The notes under the pieces were generated by a model. The model was not told where the DNA came from and did no database searches. It was given only the letters and a program-made list of their open reading frames with translations. From NCBI RefSeq assembly GCF_009914755.1, contig NC_060931.1: a stretch of DNA of 64,000 bases, one strand, 5' to 3'. Position numbers and translations under genes: made by a program. Below are positions 17,000 to 54,782 of the stretch, piece by piece. Numbering within the stretch: position 1 is the stretch's first letter; every line of letters starts with the position of its first letter. This DNA is from the human T2T-CHM13v2.0 reference genome, Homo sapiens.

Positions 17000-17164
17000 A
17001 AAGTTTCCTTATCACCTGTGAATCACAAACCCAGAGAGTGGCCAAACATAGCCAGGCTGATGCAAGACCCTGGGAAGAGGAAAGCTGCAGGTGTGTTTGT
17101 GCTGGGAGGAGTGGTGACCCTCACCTCACAGTCACCTCCTCTCTGGATCCTCGTGAGGTATAAA
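17000..17164 (+). promoter_or_regulatory. PRSS1 proximal promoter: GATA/E-box, PTF1-type E-box plus TC-box, TATA
   Basis: TTATCACCTG 17009-17018; AGGAAAgctgCAGGTG 17078-17093 (CACCTG-N4-TTTCC on the minus strand); TATAAA 17159-17164. Confidence 0.75.
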
Positions 17165-17203
17165 GACGAGTCCTCCACCACCAGTCAGGCACACTCTACC
17201 ACC

Positions 17204-20739
<3,536 letters not shown>

Positions 20740-20769
20740 AGCCCCCAGTATCTCTTCAGTCTCTATACC

Positions 20770-20775
20770 AATAAA
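20770..20775 (+). terminator. PRSS1 polyadenylation signal
   Basis: AATAAA ~30 nt after the stop, followed by a GT-rich downstream element. Confidence 0.85.
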
Positions 20776-23123
20776 GTGACCCTGTTCTCACTGTCTGTGT
20801 CTGTGCCTGCTCCCTCTCACTCCTTCACACTGGAAAGCATCCTCCAATTTCAGGTTAGACACGACTGTCCCCTTTAAAGGTAAGCAGAGCCCCCATCTCC
20901 CAAAATGTGTTCCATGGTACACTAGATTAGCACATACAAACAGATGGAATCCAAAAATAAGAAGAAGCTTGGGAGAAAGGGGAGTACTGTTTTCTAGAGA
21001 TACCTGTTTCAGAAAGGTGGTCTTTGGGGTGGGGGGGTGGGTATTGATTTTTATTTGGGCTTCTCACAGTAGTTAGAGCTACTCTGCCTTCAGAACAATT
21101 ACAGCACAGAAAATGTGTCAGCATCTTCGAGGTGGCCCAAAAAACTTGACCAGCTGAATCTTCTTGCTAAAATACAATAATAATGACAAATCCTGTTGGT
21201 GATGACGTGCCTCTCCCAGGAATGTGTCGGCACCAAACCCTCGACCAAGCCCTCCCTTCTCATTCACCTGGAAAATCAGATGCAAATAAATCTCCCTGGC
21301 CGCCTAACTCTTCCCTCAGTTCCCTAGTTCCATCTCTGTGAGCAGGCTAGAGAGATGTTCCACCTACCATAGCAGGAGCCAGACTGCGACTTGGGAATCA
21401 AGCGCAGATCTACACACTGGGCTTGATTTTCGTCTTCTTTGCCTTTGGGGTAGGATGCCACAGTGAATCCCACAGCTAACACCAGCTCCTCACTCTGACC
21501 AGGGAAAGAAACTAGAGAGGGTCAGGATTCACCTATTTGATCAATTAGCTGAGGAAGGATTCATTTTCATAAAACTTGCTTGACTTTGAGACACTTCAAG
21601 TGAGTTATTTGGGATTCTTTAAAAGGGGTGGAAGGAAAGATCTGAGGACTGTGACACCACCAGCCACTCTGACCACACGTTGGCTGGCTTGAACCCACTG
21701 GATGCAGCAGAGGGAGGCAGGCCCTGTGGCACCTCTGGCACCTGCCAAAGCCTCCTCCTGGCAATTCTGAGAGGGCCCATGTTGGGGCTGTAGCTCATCC
21801 AAGCTTGGCACCGAAGATCCAAGGAAGCTTCTCTTTGAAATTCCACCTTCACCTCTGTCCCAAGTGGTTGTGGACACCCCTGGGAGCTGGCACTAAGGGC
21901 CAGGAGCAGCCAAGGGAGACAGACAAGTTCAGAGCACATTTCCAGTTACAGGGAACAGAGCACAGGCCTCCAAGTGTCCACAGAGCAGCGTGCAAATTGC
22001 AGGGATGAGTAGAGGAAAACCTCTACATGGAGCACAGCGTTCCTGGCAAACACAGGGGACTGCAGTCCACATGCTGTGGAATACACCCAAGTATGCATCA
22101 GACACTTGTTTGGTAAACAGTAAATGTGTAAGATCAATTACCTTGAGAGGGCCATCTGGGCTCCAGATGTGTGACTTGTGTGAGGAGACGGCTACCACTC
22201 ACTATCTCCAGAGGAAAACAGGGCTCAGGGCTCGCACACAATGGATAGATACACACGGGTCACCCAGAACATCAATACATACAAACATCACTTTGTTCAA
22301 CATGGATTTTGTTTTTATGGAGTCCAAACGCAGACCGTAGTTCACCTTACAGCCTTGGGTTTGTCTGCTTTTGGAGATATATATCCAGTAGATAGATAGA
22401 CAGACAAGACAGATAATTTTTTCCCTTTCTTACTATAATATCAATGCCTTATCTGAATATCATCATCACTCAAGAGTCAAGGGAAGAACCAAACGCTTCA
22501 TATAAACAGGGCTGGGCTGGGCAGGGAGTGTTAGTTTCCACTGTTTTCTGTCTCCATTCAGATCATCCCTATCAAAGCCCAGCTGGTCACCTCAAGCCAA
22601 GACACAGACATAAGGATCCCAATGGCCTTCCAGATGGCTGCTTCCACCTCCCACCTGGGCCACTAAGACTCTTTACACAGGAAAGTGAGTCACCCCAGTG
22701 AGAAGGGTTGCCAGAAGAAACAGGGCATGAAAATCACAGATAACCATGGGATTTCTTCCAAGTGGTCAGTATAAAATATACCAACACTACCATCACCAAA
22801 AACACAAAACAAGCAAAAACATGCTTATTCAAAATCCTAGACAAAATACTGTGTGAGAGCCAGGCCACGGGGTTGCCTTTTCACAGGCCACACAGCTTTC
22901 CCAGTCCATGTACTCACGTGGAACCGTGAGATGTGAAAGTCTGCAGGGTGTGTGCTCAGGATCGAGGCTGGTACTGTTCACCTATGGGTCCAGACCAAAG
23001 GGCAATAAGGCAGAAAGCTGATATCTGTCCACCGCCACGGCTTAGGGCCTCCTTCTCACAGAGGCTCCTAAGAGCCCCCACCTCAGCCTTCACACAAAAC
23101 ATCTCCTTCTGGCTGAACTACAG

Positions 23124-23371
23124 CCAGGCTGGAGTGCCGTGGCATGATCTCTGCTCACTACAGTCTCCACCTCCCGGGTTCAAGTGATTCAGCCTCCCAA
23201 GTACCTGGGATTACAGGCACTCGCCACCATGCCCAGCTGATTTTGTTTGTTTGTTTGTTTGTATTTTTAGTGGAGACAGGGTTTCACCATGTTGGCCAGG
23301 CTCATTTTGAACTCCTGACCTCAAGTGATCCAAGGTACTGGGATTACAGGCATGAGCCACCACTTCTGGCC
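23124..23371 (-). mobile_element. Tail-less, internally deleted Alu (shared by all three units; also ~34020-34264 and ~44595-44878)
   Basis: ccaggctggagtgc...ctcctgacctcaagtgatcc...gagccacc. Confidence 0.85.
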
Positions 23372-23379
23372 CAGGACCC

Positions 23380-24103
23380 ATTTTTTAAAAAAATTTTCAA
23401 CTTTTATTTTAGATTCAGGGCATACGTGTGCAGGTTTGTTACATGGGTATATTGCGTGATGCTGAGGTTTGGGGCACAAATGTTCTTACCACTCAGGCAG
23501 TGAGAATAGTGCCCAATAGGTAGTTATTCAGCCCTTTCCACCCTCCTTCTCTCTTCCCTCTAGCAGTTACAGTGTCTACTGTTCCCATCTTTATATCCAT
23601 GTGTACCAAATGCTCAGCTCCCACTTATACAGAAGAACGTGATATTTGGTTTTACATACCTGTGTTAATTTGCTTAGAATTATGGTCTCCATCTCCATCC
23701 ACGTTGCTGCAAAGACATGATTTCATTTTTTCATAGCTGCATAGTATTCCATGGTGTATATGTACCACATTTCCTTTATCCAATCTACCGTTGATGGCCA
23801 CCTAGATTGATTCCATGGCTTTGTTATTGTGAATAGTGCTGTGACGGACATGCAAGAGCATGTGTCTTTTTGGCAGACCAATTATTTTCCTTTGGGTATA
23901 TGCCCAGTAAAGGAATTGCTGGGTGGAAAGGTAGTTCTGTTTTTAATTATTTCAGAAATCTCCAAACTGCCTTCTGCATTAATTTTTCCATAAACTAATC
24001 GACAGTCAGGCCAAGAGTGTATAAGCATTCCCTTTCCTCTGCAGCCTTGACAGCATCTTCTATTTTTTTTTTTTTTTTTTTGACGTTTTAATAATAGCCA
24101 CTC
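23380..24103 (-). mobile_element. 5'-truncated L1P 3' end (shared; also ~34273-34987 and ~44887-45598)
   Basis: ttttagattcagggcatacgtgtgcaggtttgttacatgggt...tagtattccatggtgtatatgtaccacatt...ttttaataatagccac. Confidence 0.85.
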
Positions 24104-24238
24104 TGCAGCCAAGCTCTTTCAAGGCCAATGTGGGGTAGAGCCACAAACATCCCTTTTCCGGAAGAGAATTCTTGCCTGCCCACTGGTAGAATTCTTGTTT
24201 TCATCTGTCTTTTATTATTTGTTTTTCAAAGAAAAACT

Positions 24239-24616
<378 letters not shown>

Positions 24617-25231
24617 TCAAGCATGCATTCATCTTGTCACCTGGAATTTGAGAGATCAAGAAGCCCCATAGCAACCTACCATGCAACTGCCCATCAGTGC
24701 TGATCCTTTCAAGGGATTATCTCAATTCTGACTCTGCAGACACTGGCAGCCACAGGTGACAAACCCTGTGTATCTGTGGGCTTTCCTCATCACCCAGGGC
24801 CACAATGGGGTGCCTGCCCTAGGCAGAGACACAGCAACATTCTCTTAAACTGAAATTAAGCATAAATCCACTTCACCAATAATCATCTGAGGGCTCAGTC
24901 CCTGTCTCCTTCCTCGGGGATTTTAAAACACACATTTCTCTGACCAAACAGGTAGGTGAGATCTGACTTTAAAGGGGGGAAATTGGGTTGAATTGAGGTA
25001 TCAGGAATGGATCACAAGTGTTTTTGTGTGGGGACAGGCATCCACATCCCGAACTGTACCTGGAGATGGAGAAAAATGCAGGAGAGGAGAAGAGAAAAAA
25101 AGGAGGAAAAAGTGGCTGAAAGTATTTGAAAGCTTCTCTCATGGTTCTTTCTGGCTCTGGTTGCTTTTCCAAGGTCTTGAGTGCAGGCAGGGCCAGCTCT
25201 GGCTGGGAGCTGCTGCTCTGGGACATGGAAG

Positions 25232-35809
<10,578 letters not shown>

Positions 35810-38499
35810 AGTCACTTCACCTTCAGAAAGCTCATTTGCTCATCTGTAAAGTGGGCAATTCCATAGGTGGTTGTGATGATAAAATGAAAAAAAAGTTCTT
35901 AACTTATATGAGTGACATGCTGTATAGTAAGTTACATGCTATATAGGAAGCACACAGAAATGATTCACTGTTATGATAATGGAAGGACAGTGGTTTGGCA
36001 TGTTAAGCACTAAACACAAGCCAGAAAGATATCTTAGAGAAGTAGACAAAGAAATCTATAGTTCAGAATGAACAGTACCAAGAATGACATGTCCCCCAAA
36101 TTGAGCATGGGTAGCTGGATCTGAACCTATCCTACACATCTGAGTCTACAGTATGAGGTAACAGTCTTCACCTATAGCTATCTCCTCTGCCTGTAAGGTC
36201 ATTCCTTTTTGAAGAAAGCTGACCTCAGACTATACTGTGATCGCTTAAGGAAGAGCACAAAATACTGGAGAAGGCTAGTCTTCAAGCTCTAGATACAGAA
36301 AATCCTCAATTCTTGGGTGTTACCTTTCAGAAAAAGAGTCAGAGCTACAAGCCCTGATCCAAAAATCCCTTTTTCCAAAAAAATTCTCCATCTTCTACCA
36401 AGGTTCACCTCCCTGTTTAGTGCACACTGGTGTCTATAGTTGCTAGAGCAAGAGTCTCTCCTTATCCTCTAAGGCAGGAGTTCTGTGAAGACCCCATGAC
36501 AAGGGGACAAAATGAAATAACATGTTCAGCGACAACACAGCAAAACCCCATATTATCAATGCTCTAAAACCTAGCTACCTCAGGCTTGGCCAGTTATTCA
36601 TGAGCAGAGAGGTGTGTCATCTACATGGCAGTCATGGCCTGGATGGGTCTGGAACTGTGGCAAGGTAAGGCTCTGAGAAAAGGTGCCAGGAGAAAGATGA
36701 ATTCAATCATCTATTTCTGCCAGGAAGAAAAGCACCAGGAAGGAATCAGATGTACAGTTTGTCCTCTGGGGACCTCTGCCTTGATCCTCAATAAATCTCC
36801 TTTTAGATGCCACGTGCAGCAATTCCCACACTTCACAATGCTCTCCATGGCTTCTGTTGGCCTTATGGTCAGCTCTGCCAAGATCTGTATTCTTGGGCAA
36901 GACAGAATCCTTCTGAATCTCAGTCTCTTCCTCTATAAATGGAAATAATTTTGCTCCACACAAGTCACCATTAGCACGTTGGTGGGAAGTTAAACTGCGA
37001 AACTCAGCATAAACAAAGAGCAATGTACCACTGTTGCTTACGTGAAAACTCCCGTGAAGCAGTCAGGCACCATGCACCATCTAAGCATAGCAGCGTTAGG
37101 TATCAGCCTATTAGTGATTAGAGAGGGTACCGGGGAGAGAGGGGGCCTCAGAGCAGTGGGTCTCCTGGCTGTGGGGAAGCTGCCTCAGTGGCCATGCCAG
37201 GAGCTGAACCTGAAGGTACTCTGTGTGTCCTCTCAACACCATGGACCCTATTTTGGTATTTTTTTCCAGTTACCTCTGGTTTCCATTTGCTTCCTCCCTC
37301 TAGCCCCCTGGCCATGTCCGATTTCTCCAGCAAGTTTCTGAGCTTTTCTCATTTTGCTCACTGTCTCCAGAACATCCCTGCTTCTTTTACCTTTCAAAGA
37401 ATTCAAACTTGAACTCTGCTCACTCCTGCCCATCACCAACATTAGCTCAGAGTTGATGAGAAGGGAAAGCACCCTCATAAGGAAGCCCCTCCTTTCCTTA
37501 CATTATTAGACCTGAGCGCAGACAGCATCTCCATCTCCACACTGCTCTGGCCAGGTTATGCCTCAGTCAATTACACGACTGTATCTTAGTACCCTTGGTA
37601 GGGCTCAAATCAGGATATTCTCTAGAAAGATTCACTTAGTACTGAGCCAAGTATAATCTCACTACATCTAAAATAGAAAATTCTAGACCCACCCCTCCAC
37701 ATCTTTGTTATTGAACCCAATATGTCACCCATTTACCATGTGCTCAAATCCCTACCTACTGCTGATTCTCAGATCAAATCATAACCCAGATTTACCATGG
37801 TCCAAACTCTGACATGTGATCAGGGGCATGTCATTCTGGTTCAGGCTGTCAGCCCCAAGCAGGTGGGTCAGTTTCAATCACCCTGAGTGCAGGTTGCAAG
37901 GGCAACCATGAGGCTGCATAAAAAGAACCTATGACAGGATGCACATGAGAGACAAATGTCTTCACATTGAAGAAGGGGAGGAGTGCGCCATTGGTTTTCC
38001 ATCCTCCAGATGCACTGAGTAAGCTCCTACCTAACCTGTGCCCCCTCCTTCTTCTCATCCCTATGCCGTGGTAGGAGGGAGAGCCATCTTCAAGCCCAGC
38101 ATCCTATGGAATGCTGAGTCTCTCTTCTCCTTACCCCTTAATGTTGGAATTCTCATTCCCCAAAGCCTTGGATTTGACTTTCCCACTGAGTGACTGGAGA
38201 GAAGCATCTTCATATTCACAGGAACAAGCCTTAGTTAGATAAGACTTTGCTCCTCTCCTGGGAGCTCCAGGACACTAAAAAGCCAAGCTTGCTACCAACA
38301 CTTGCCCTTCCTTAAGTACATTAAATATAACCCCAATAGTAAAATATATTCCTAAACAGCCAGGCCATTCTCCCTCCTTCTAACCCTCATCTCCTCGGCC
38401 TAAGAAAGCCCAGCTGTGTGATCTGGGGCTTGGCTTCCCCTGTCTTTCCCATATCAGCATCCTTCCAGGAAACAGCCGGTCTCCCTCTCTGCTCTCAGA

Positions 38500-38661
38500 A
38501 GGCAAGTTTCCTTATCACCTGTGAATCACAAACCCACAGAGTGGCCAAACATACTGATGCAAGACCATAGGAAGGGGAAAGCTGCAGGTGTGTTTGTGCT
38601 GGGAGGAGCAGTGACCCTCACCTCACAGACACCTCCTCTCCCCATCCTCGGGAGGTATAAA
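38500..38661 (+). promoter_or_regulatory. PRSS2 proximal promoter (PTF1-type site, TATA)
   Basis: GGGAAAgctgCAGGTG 38575-38590 (CACCTG-N4-TTTCCC on the minus strand); upstream TTATCACCTG; TATAAA 38656-38661. Confidence 0.75.
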
Positions 38662-38700
38662 GACGGGTTCTCCACCAGCAATCAGGCACACTCTACCACC

Positions 38701-42226
<3,526 letters not shown>

Positions 42227-42256
42227 AGCCCCTGGTCCCTCTGCAGTCTCTATACC

Positions 42257-42262
42257 AATAAA
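42257..42262 (+). terminator. PRSS2 polyadenylation signal
   Basis: AATAAA ~30 nt after the stop. Confidence 0.85.
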
Positions 42263-42509
42263 GTGACCCTGCTCTCACTGTCTGTGTCTGTGCCTCCTCC
42301 TTCACACTCCTTCACATTGGAAAGCATCCTCCAACCTCAGGTCAGACAGGGCTCTCCCCCTTAAACATAAGAAGAGCCTCCAGCTCCCAAATGTGTTCCA
42401 TGGTACACTAGATTAACACATACAAAGAGGTGGAATCCAAAAATAAGAAGCTTGGGAGAAAGGGGGGCACTGTTTTCTAGAGAAACGTGTGTTTCAGAAA
42501 GGTGGTCTT

Positions 42510-47424
<4,915 letters not shown>

Positions 47425-48896
47425 CAGAACAGTGGTCTTAAAGAGGTTTCTTGGCCTTGGCACTTCTGTGGGCTCCCAATGTGCTGATGTGTGACACGCT
47501 GGCATGCTTGGCAAGACCTCACTGCTGCCTTTGACTACACAGGGTCCTCTCTGTACCCAGAGCAAACATATGCAAGGAAACCCCAGCACTGACCGAATCA
47601 GCTTCCTCGGAGGCCCCTCTCCACATGTGCTCCTGCTAACCCAGTCTGTACTCCCCACAAGCTGATGTCCTGCTTGGAGATGATCGTGCTGGCCCTCTTG
47701 CCCAACAACTGGCTCCTGTGTCTGGAGGGGAGAAGACAAATCCTTGGTCTCCATCCCTCATGTTCTTGAGAAGTCTGCCTTTTATTCCTCCACAGAATAA
47801 TACCAACATGTTTACACTATTCCTATGTATAGACATTTTCCCATTTAGTTTTCTCTCCCCTCCGGAGTGGTTATTAATCCAGCGGTACAGATAAGAAAAC
47901 AGGTTCAAAGAGGCTTATTAGTTTACCCACGTCCCAAGCCCAGCAGATGGTAGGTCTGGGGTTGACTCCTCATTTGCCTGGCTTCAAAGCCCACGCTCTC
48001 TGTGCCCCGCCTCACATCCCGCTATGACTGTGGTCTGAGGTGATGACAAGTCCGTCAGCGCTGACCTCTGATGTTTCTCCAGCCCCCTGTCACTATCACC
48101 CATTCCCTTCCTCCCTGCATCTCCTGAGGGGCACCTCCCAATTGTCCCATTCCATGCGGCAAGACGACTGCTCTCAGAGAGCTCCTGGTTATGGCATTGC
48201 TCCCTACCCTCCCACAGTGATCAAACTAGAATTCAAGCTCCCTGGGGAAATGTAGGGTTCTCCTGGCACCACCCTTGCCCCCACTCCCAGTCTCATGCCT
48301 CTTCACTGCTCTCCTCCCCTGTCCCCTCCCCTGCTCAGAAGCCCTGGTGGCCCATCCAACAAGCCATGCGCCTCCTGCCTCTGTCTCTGGACACTATGGC
48401 ACTCTCAGACTGGAAGCCGTTCCTAACCTCCCCTTCACCCTTTTCAGAAAAGTCTTCCTGATTCTTCCTTGTCCCCACCTCCCTTGGGTCTGGCTCTGCT
48501 GGCCCTCCCTCGGGTCTGAGGCAGCCATCCTCCTCCTGTCTCCGCTTGCCTCTGTCCTAGTCCTGCTCAGGTGCTCAGGTGCAATAGATGCGTCCATCCT
48601 GGCAATCAACTGTGTGCTCCTCAAGCGGGTACATCTTGTCTTACATATCCTGATATCTCCAGTGATTAAGCAAAGCCTGGGATGTAATAAGCACCCAGTG
48701 AGTGGAGGAATAAACATGGAGTGGAGGGAAATGTGCTGAGAAAAGAAAGACCCTTCCAGAAGAATGATTCTCAAAGAGTGGTCCCTAAGCCAGCAACACC
48801 AAAATCTCCTGGGAATTTAGGAGAAACACAAAAGCTAGGCCCTACCCCACACCCACCGAGTCAGATCTCCTGGGACAGGGCCCAACAAACAGCATA

Positions 48897-49188
<292 letters not shown>

Positions 49189-49280
49189 CAGCAACCTGCA
49201 TTTTAACATATCTTCCAGGTCTTCTGATGCCCGCTGAAAACTTGAGATTGGATACGGTAATGACATCCTTAGGCCAGTAT

Positions 49281-50706
<1,426 letters not shown>

Positions 50707-51592
50707 TGATTAACCCCGACACGCACTATCGCATGCAATTCTCACAACCCCATGAGGTAGGTATTATTATTGCTCCTAGCTTACAGATAAAGAGACAGAG
50801 TTTAAGAGGTTTAGCCACGCTACGGGGCTGCTGGGAGCCCGGCAGTCTGGCCACAGGAGGTCGGTTTCACGGAAGGGCAGGATGTGGCGGCATCTCCTGA
50901 ATTTAAGGAGTCTTGGGGGCGCGGTGCTTCTCTGTCATTGGGCAACTCATTTTAGCCTCTTGGGGTTTCAGTTCCTCAACTGAGAACAAGGAATTTAGGT
51001 TGAAATGAACATGCTGGAAAGCTTTCAAGAATTGCACACGTGAAATGCTCTTTGCGTGTCTCCCGGTCTCCCACCCGCCCCCGACACAGAGGCGCAGGAG
51101 TAACCCTGCTCCCTTCCGCGTCCTCGCCCCACCACGAGCTGCGCATTCTTCTCGCCCCCTCAAGTGGCCGAGCTCAGATTGCAGTTACTTAGGTCTAAAA
51201 AAATAAGGAAAGGCTGCCCCCTGCTGCCCACATGGATGCATGACCCCAACCTGATACCTGCCTAACTGGTCTTCCTAGCTTTTATGGAAAAAACGCTGCA
51301 TATGAGCTTGGGCATACCGTCCAGAGAGGCAAAACTGGGACAAACTCCATCGGAATTCTAAAAAACCATGATGCCAAGACAGAGTGGCATTATTATTTAT
51401 AAGGCCAGTAGGGATGAGGGCCCCCACTAGGTGATTAAAAGACACTAACTTAGAGGATGAATTATTGATAAGTAAACGAGGTGAGTAAGGCAGGAAAACA
51501 TGCAGAAATAGATCAAAATAAACTGAATATTTCAATTAGGAAAGGTACTGGCAAGAGGCTTTGACACAATCCAATGGATGAAAGCAATCAAC

Positions 51593-51891
<299 letters not shown>

Positions 51892-52559
51892 TGCAATCAA
51901 CTTTTTATGCAGGCATTTGGTAGCATGTTGCGAGGTCCATCACTATTAATGCCGTGAATATACCAAATCCTCTTTTTCTTTCTTCCCTAAGTTCTAAGGG
52001 CCATGCCCTGGCACCAAACTTATGGCAGTCCTAGACTACCCTCTGATGTTCACCATGGCTTACCTCTGCCCTGTTCTAGTTGGGGACAAGCTGTGGGTCC
52101 CAAGCCTGGCATTGTAACAGAAACGCCCAGGGTAATTTTCTGTTTGTTTATTTAAATAAATAAATAAGTAAACTCAGTCTTGGAGATTTTAACTCAATAG
52201 GTCATGAAGACTACTCAGAAATCTACATTTTTCACAGTTGTCCAAGTGATTAAGTCCTCACTGAGCAAATTCAGGACAAGGAAACAACTTCTTACATAAA
52301 TTCTACATAACTTCATACATAACTTCACACATAAACTTCTTTGGCAAAAAAAATGACTTTGTAAATTAAACAAGTAGGTTTTTAAAGTAGCATATTTTAT
52401 TTAAAGCCAAATTTTCTTGATTTTTAAAATTAACTTAAGTTTGACTTTCAATAGACAATAGAGCTATATGACTCTAAAATGGAAACAACCCAGTAACGTT
52501 GACACTGGGAAATGTAACTTTTACTTCCGCTCTGTTTCTGTCTACTCCACCCATTCTTT

Positions 52560-52896
52560 CTTTTCTTTTTTTTTTTTTTTTTTTTTTTTTTTGTTTTGAT
52601 AGAGTCTCACCGTGTCGCCCAGGCTGGAGTACAGTGGCGTGATCTTGGCTCACTGGAACCTCCGCCTCCTGGGTTCAAGTGATTCTTCTACCTCAGCAGC
52701 CTCTCAAGTAGCTGGGATTATAGTCACCTGCCACCACGCCCAGCTAATTTTTTTTTTTTTTTTTTTTTGTACTTTCAGTGAAGATGGGGTTTTGCTGTGT
52801 TGGTCAGGCTGGTCTCGAACTCCTGGCCTCAGGTGATCTGCCTGCCTTGGCCTTCCAAAGTGCTGAGATTACAGGGGTGAGCCACCGCACGTGGCC
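52560..52896 (-). mobile_element. AluS
   Basis: Full-length Alu with long T tail. Confidence 0.9.
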
Positions 52897-53559
52897 TACT
52901 CCACTCATTCTTAATAGGTCATCACTCTTGTCAGTTTCTGTTGTATCTTTACAGTGTTTCTGTATACAAAATGTATACAAAATCAAGTAAATACAAAAGT
53001 ATAATTCTTCTTTTCCCCCCTCTGTTAGACAAAGGTGGCATCTAGTTATGCTATTCTGAGACTTTCTCTTTTCTGGGTTAATAATGTATCTTAGAGAATT
53101 TTCCATAGCAATATAAAATATTTTGATTCTTTTTTTAGCATTGAATATTACTCCATTGTGTGAACATATCACAGTTTATCCAGTCCCTTACTGATGGGCA
53201 TATAATTCAATTTTGTCAGTCAAATTAGTGAAAAGTGTATTTTGATGAAGTTTTTTTAATTTTATTTTTCTTATTGTGATTTTTTTTCCCTTATAGTTAG
53301 GTACCATTTGGATTTATTTTTCTCTGAACAATTTACTCTTCACCTATTTTTATTGGGCTGCTGGATTATTTTCCTATTGATTTTTAGGAGTTCACCACAT
53401 GTTGAGGAGATTAGCCCTGATGGTGAGAACTAGGAATATTTTTCCCAGATTGTTATGTATATTTTGATTCTGTTTATATTTTACCATGCGAGTGTGTCAT
53501 CATTATGTCGTTGTTTGTCTTTTTTTTTTTTTTTTCTGGATTTTAAGTCATAGCTTAAA

Positions 53560-53902
53560 ACCCTCCGAGTGACGCACAGCCTCGGGGCAGGGCCAGGGTA
53601 GTGATGGGGGCTGTGGCTTCTCTATAAGGACATGCCCCAACGTGACAACAGCTTGGAGAGGGGTGGGTACTGGAGAAGACCAGCCCCTTCGCCAAACAGC
53701 CTTACAAAGACATCCAGCTCTAAGGAGCTCAAAACATCCTGAGGACAGTGCCTGGAGGTGAGAAGGAAGCCCCCGGCCTGGTCCATACCCCACCACCAAC
53801 TTGCATAATGGGGGGTGATGTCACCCACCCTCCACTCCCCTCAAAGGAGCAGCTGCTCTGGTGGTCTCTCCCAGGCTCTGGGGGCGGACCCATGGGAGGG
53901 GC
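53560..53902 (+). promoter_or_regulatory. Putative germline promoter upstream of TRBD1 (PDbeta1 equivalent)
   Basis: CRE/ATF-like TGACGCA 53570-53576 and TGATGTCA 53816-53823; Sp1 GC box GGGGCGG 53881-53887; position matches the known Dbeta1 promoter. Confidence 0.55.
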
Positions 53903-53930
53903 TGTTTTTGTACAAAGCTGTAACATTGTG
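53903..53930 (-). other. TRBD1 5' 12-RSS
   Basis: TGTTTTTGT - 12 nt - CATTGTG on the + strand. Confidence 0.95.
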
Positions 53931-53942
53931 GGGACAGGGGGC
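53931..53942 (+). CDS. TRBD1: TCR beta diversity segment 1
   Basis: GGGACAGGGGGC between 12- and 23-RSS. Confidence 0.98.
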
Positions 53943-53981
53943 CACAATGATTCAACTCTACGGGAAACCTTTACAAAAACC
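53943..53981 (+). other. TRBD1 3' 23-RSS
   Basis: CACAATG - 23 nt - ACAAAAACC. Confidence 0.97.
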
Positions 53982-54597
53982 TCTCTGGCGGTCCCAACTC
54001 CCAGAGTCCTCTTCTTTCCTCCTGGGTCACAGGTCTTAATGCAATTTGGTTCAGAATGCCTCTGCCTCACTCCTGATCACATGTCAGACCAAGACTGTGG
54101 ACAAGGACAGGCCCAGATGAGAACTAAAGCTTCCCAGGCAGAGAGAGGTCAGACATAAGAAGACTGCCTCAGGAACCTCACAAGTGGAGGACTCAGGGAG
54201 GGTCCCAATCCCCAAAAATTGAGACAAAGTCAGGTGGAAGGTTCATCGGAGGTGACCAGCTCTCCAGAGGACTCGGGAAGAAGTCAGGGGTATCTATAGA
54301 TGGAGTCACAGGTTCTGGGCCCCTGCCATCCTCTGCAGGCCATGCACTTTCCCTTTCGATGGACCCTCACAGAGGGAGCATCTGAATGGGGCATCCTTTG
54401 AAAAAGGAACCTAGGACCCTGTGGATGGACTCTGTCATTCTCCATGGTCCTAAAAAGCAAAAGTCAAAGTGTTCTTCTGTGTAATACCCATAAAGCACAG
54501 GAGGAGATTTCTTAGCTCACTGTCCTCCATCCTAGCCAGGGCCCTCTCCCCTCTCTATGCCTTCAATGTGATTTTCACCTTGACCCCTGTCACTGTG

Positions 54598-54645
54598 TGA
54601 ACACTGAAGCTTTCTTTGGACAAGGCACCAGACTCACAGTTGTAG
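54598..54645 (+). CDS. TRBJ1-1: TCR beta joining segment NTEAFFGQGTRLTVV
   Basis: FGxG motif; 12-RSS GATTTTCAC...CACTGTG 54570-54597; GTAAG donor. Confidence 0.97.
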
Positions 54646-54734
54646 GTAAGACATTTTTCAGGTTCTTTTGCAGATCCGTCACAGGGAAAAGTGGGTCCAC
54701 AGTGTCCCTTTTAGAGTGGCTATATTCTTATGTG

Positions 54735-54782
54735 CTAACTATGGCTACACCTTCGGTTCGGGGACCAGGTTAACCGTTGTAG
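54735..54782 (+). CDS. TRBJ1-2: TCR beta joining segment NYGYTFGSGTRLTVV
   Basis: FGxG; RSS CCTTTTAGA...TTATGTG 54707-54734; GTAAG donor. Confidence 0.97.

Noticed and set aside
54698-54704. Extra CACAGTG just upstream of the TRBJ1-2 RSS
   Set aside because: No matching nonamer at either spacing.
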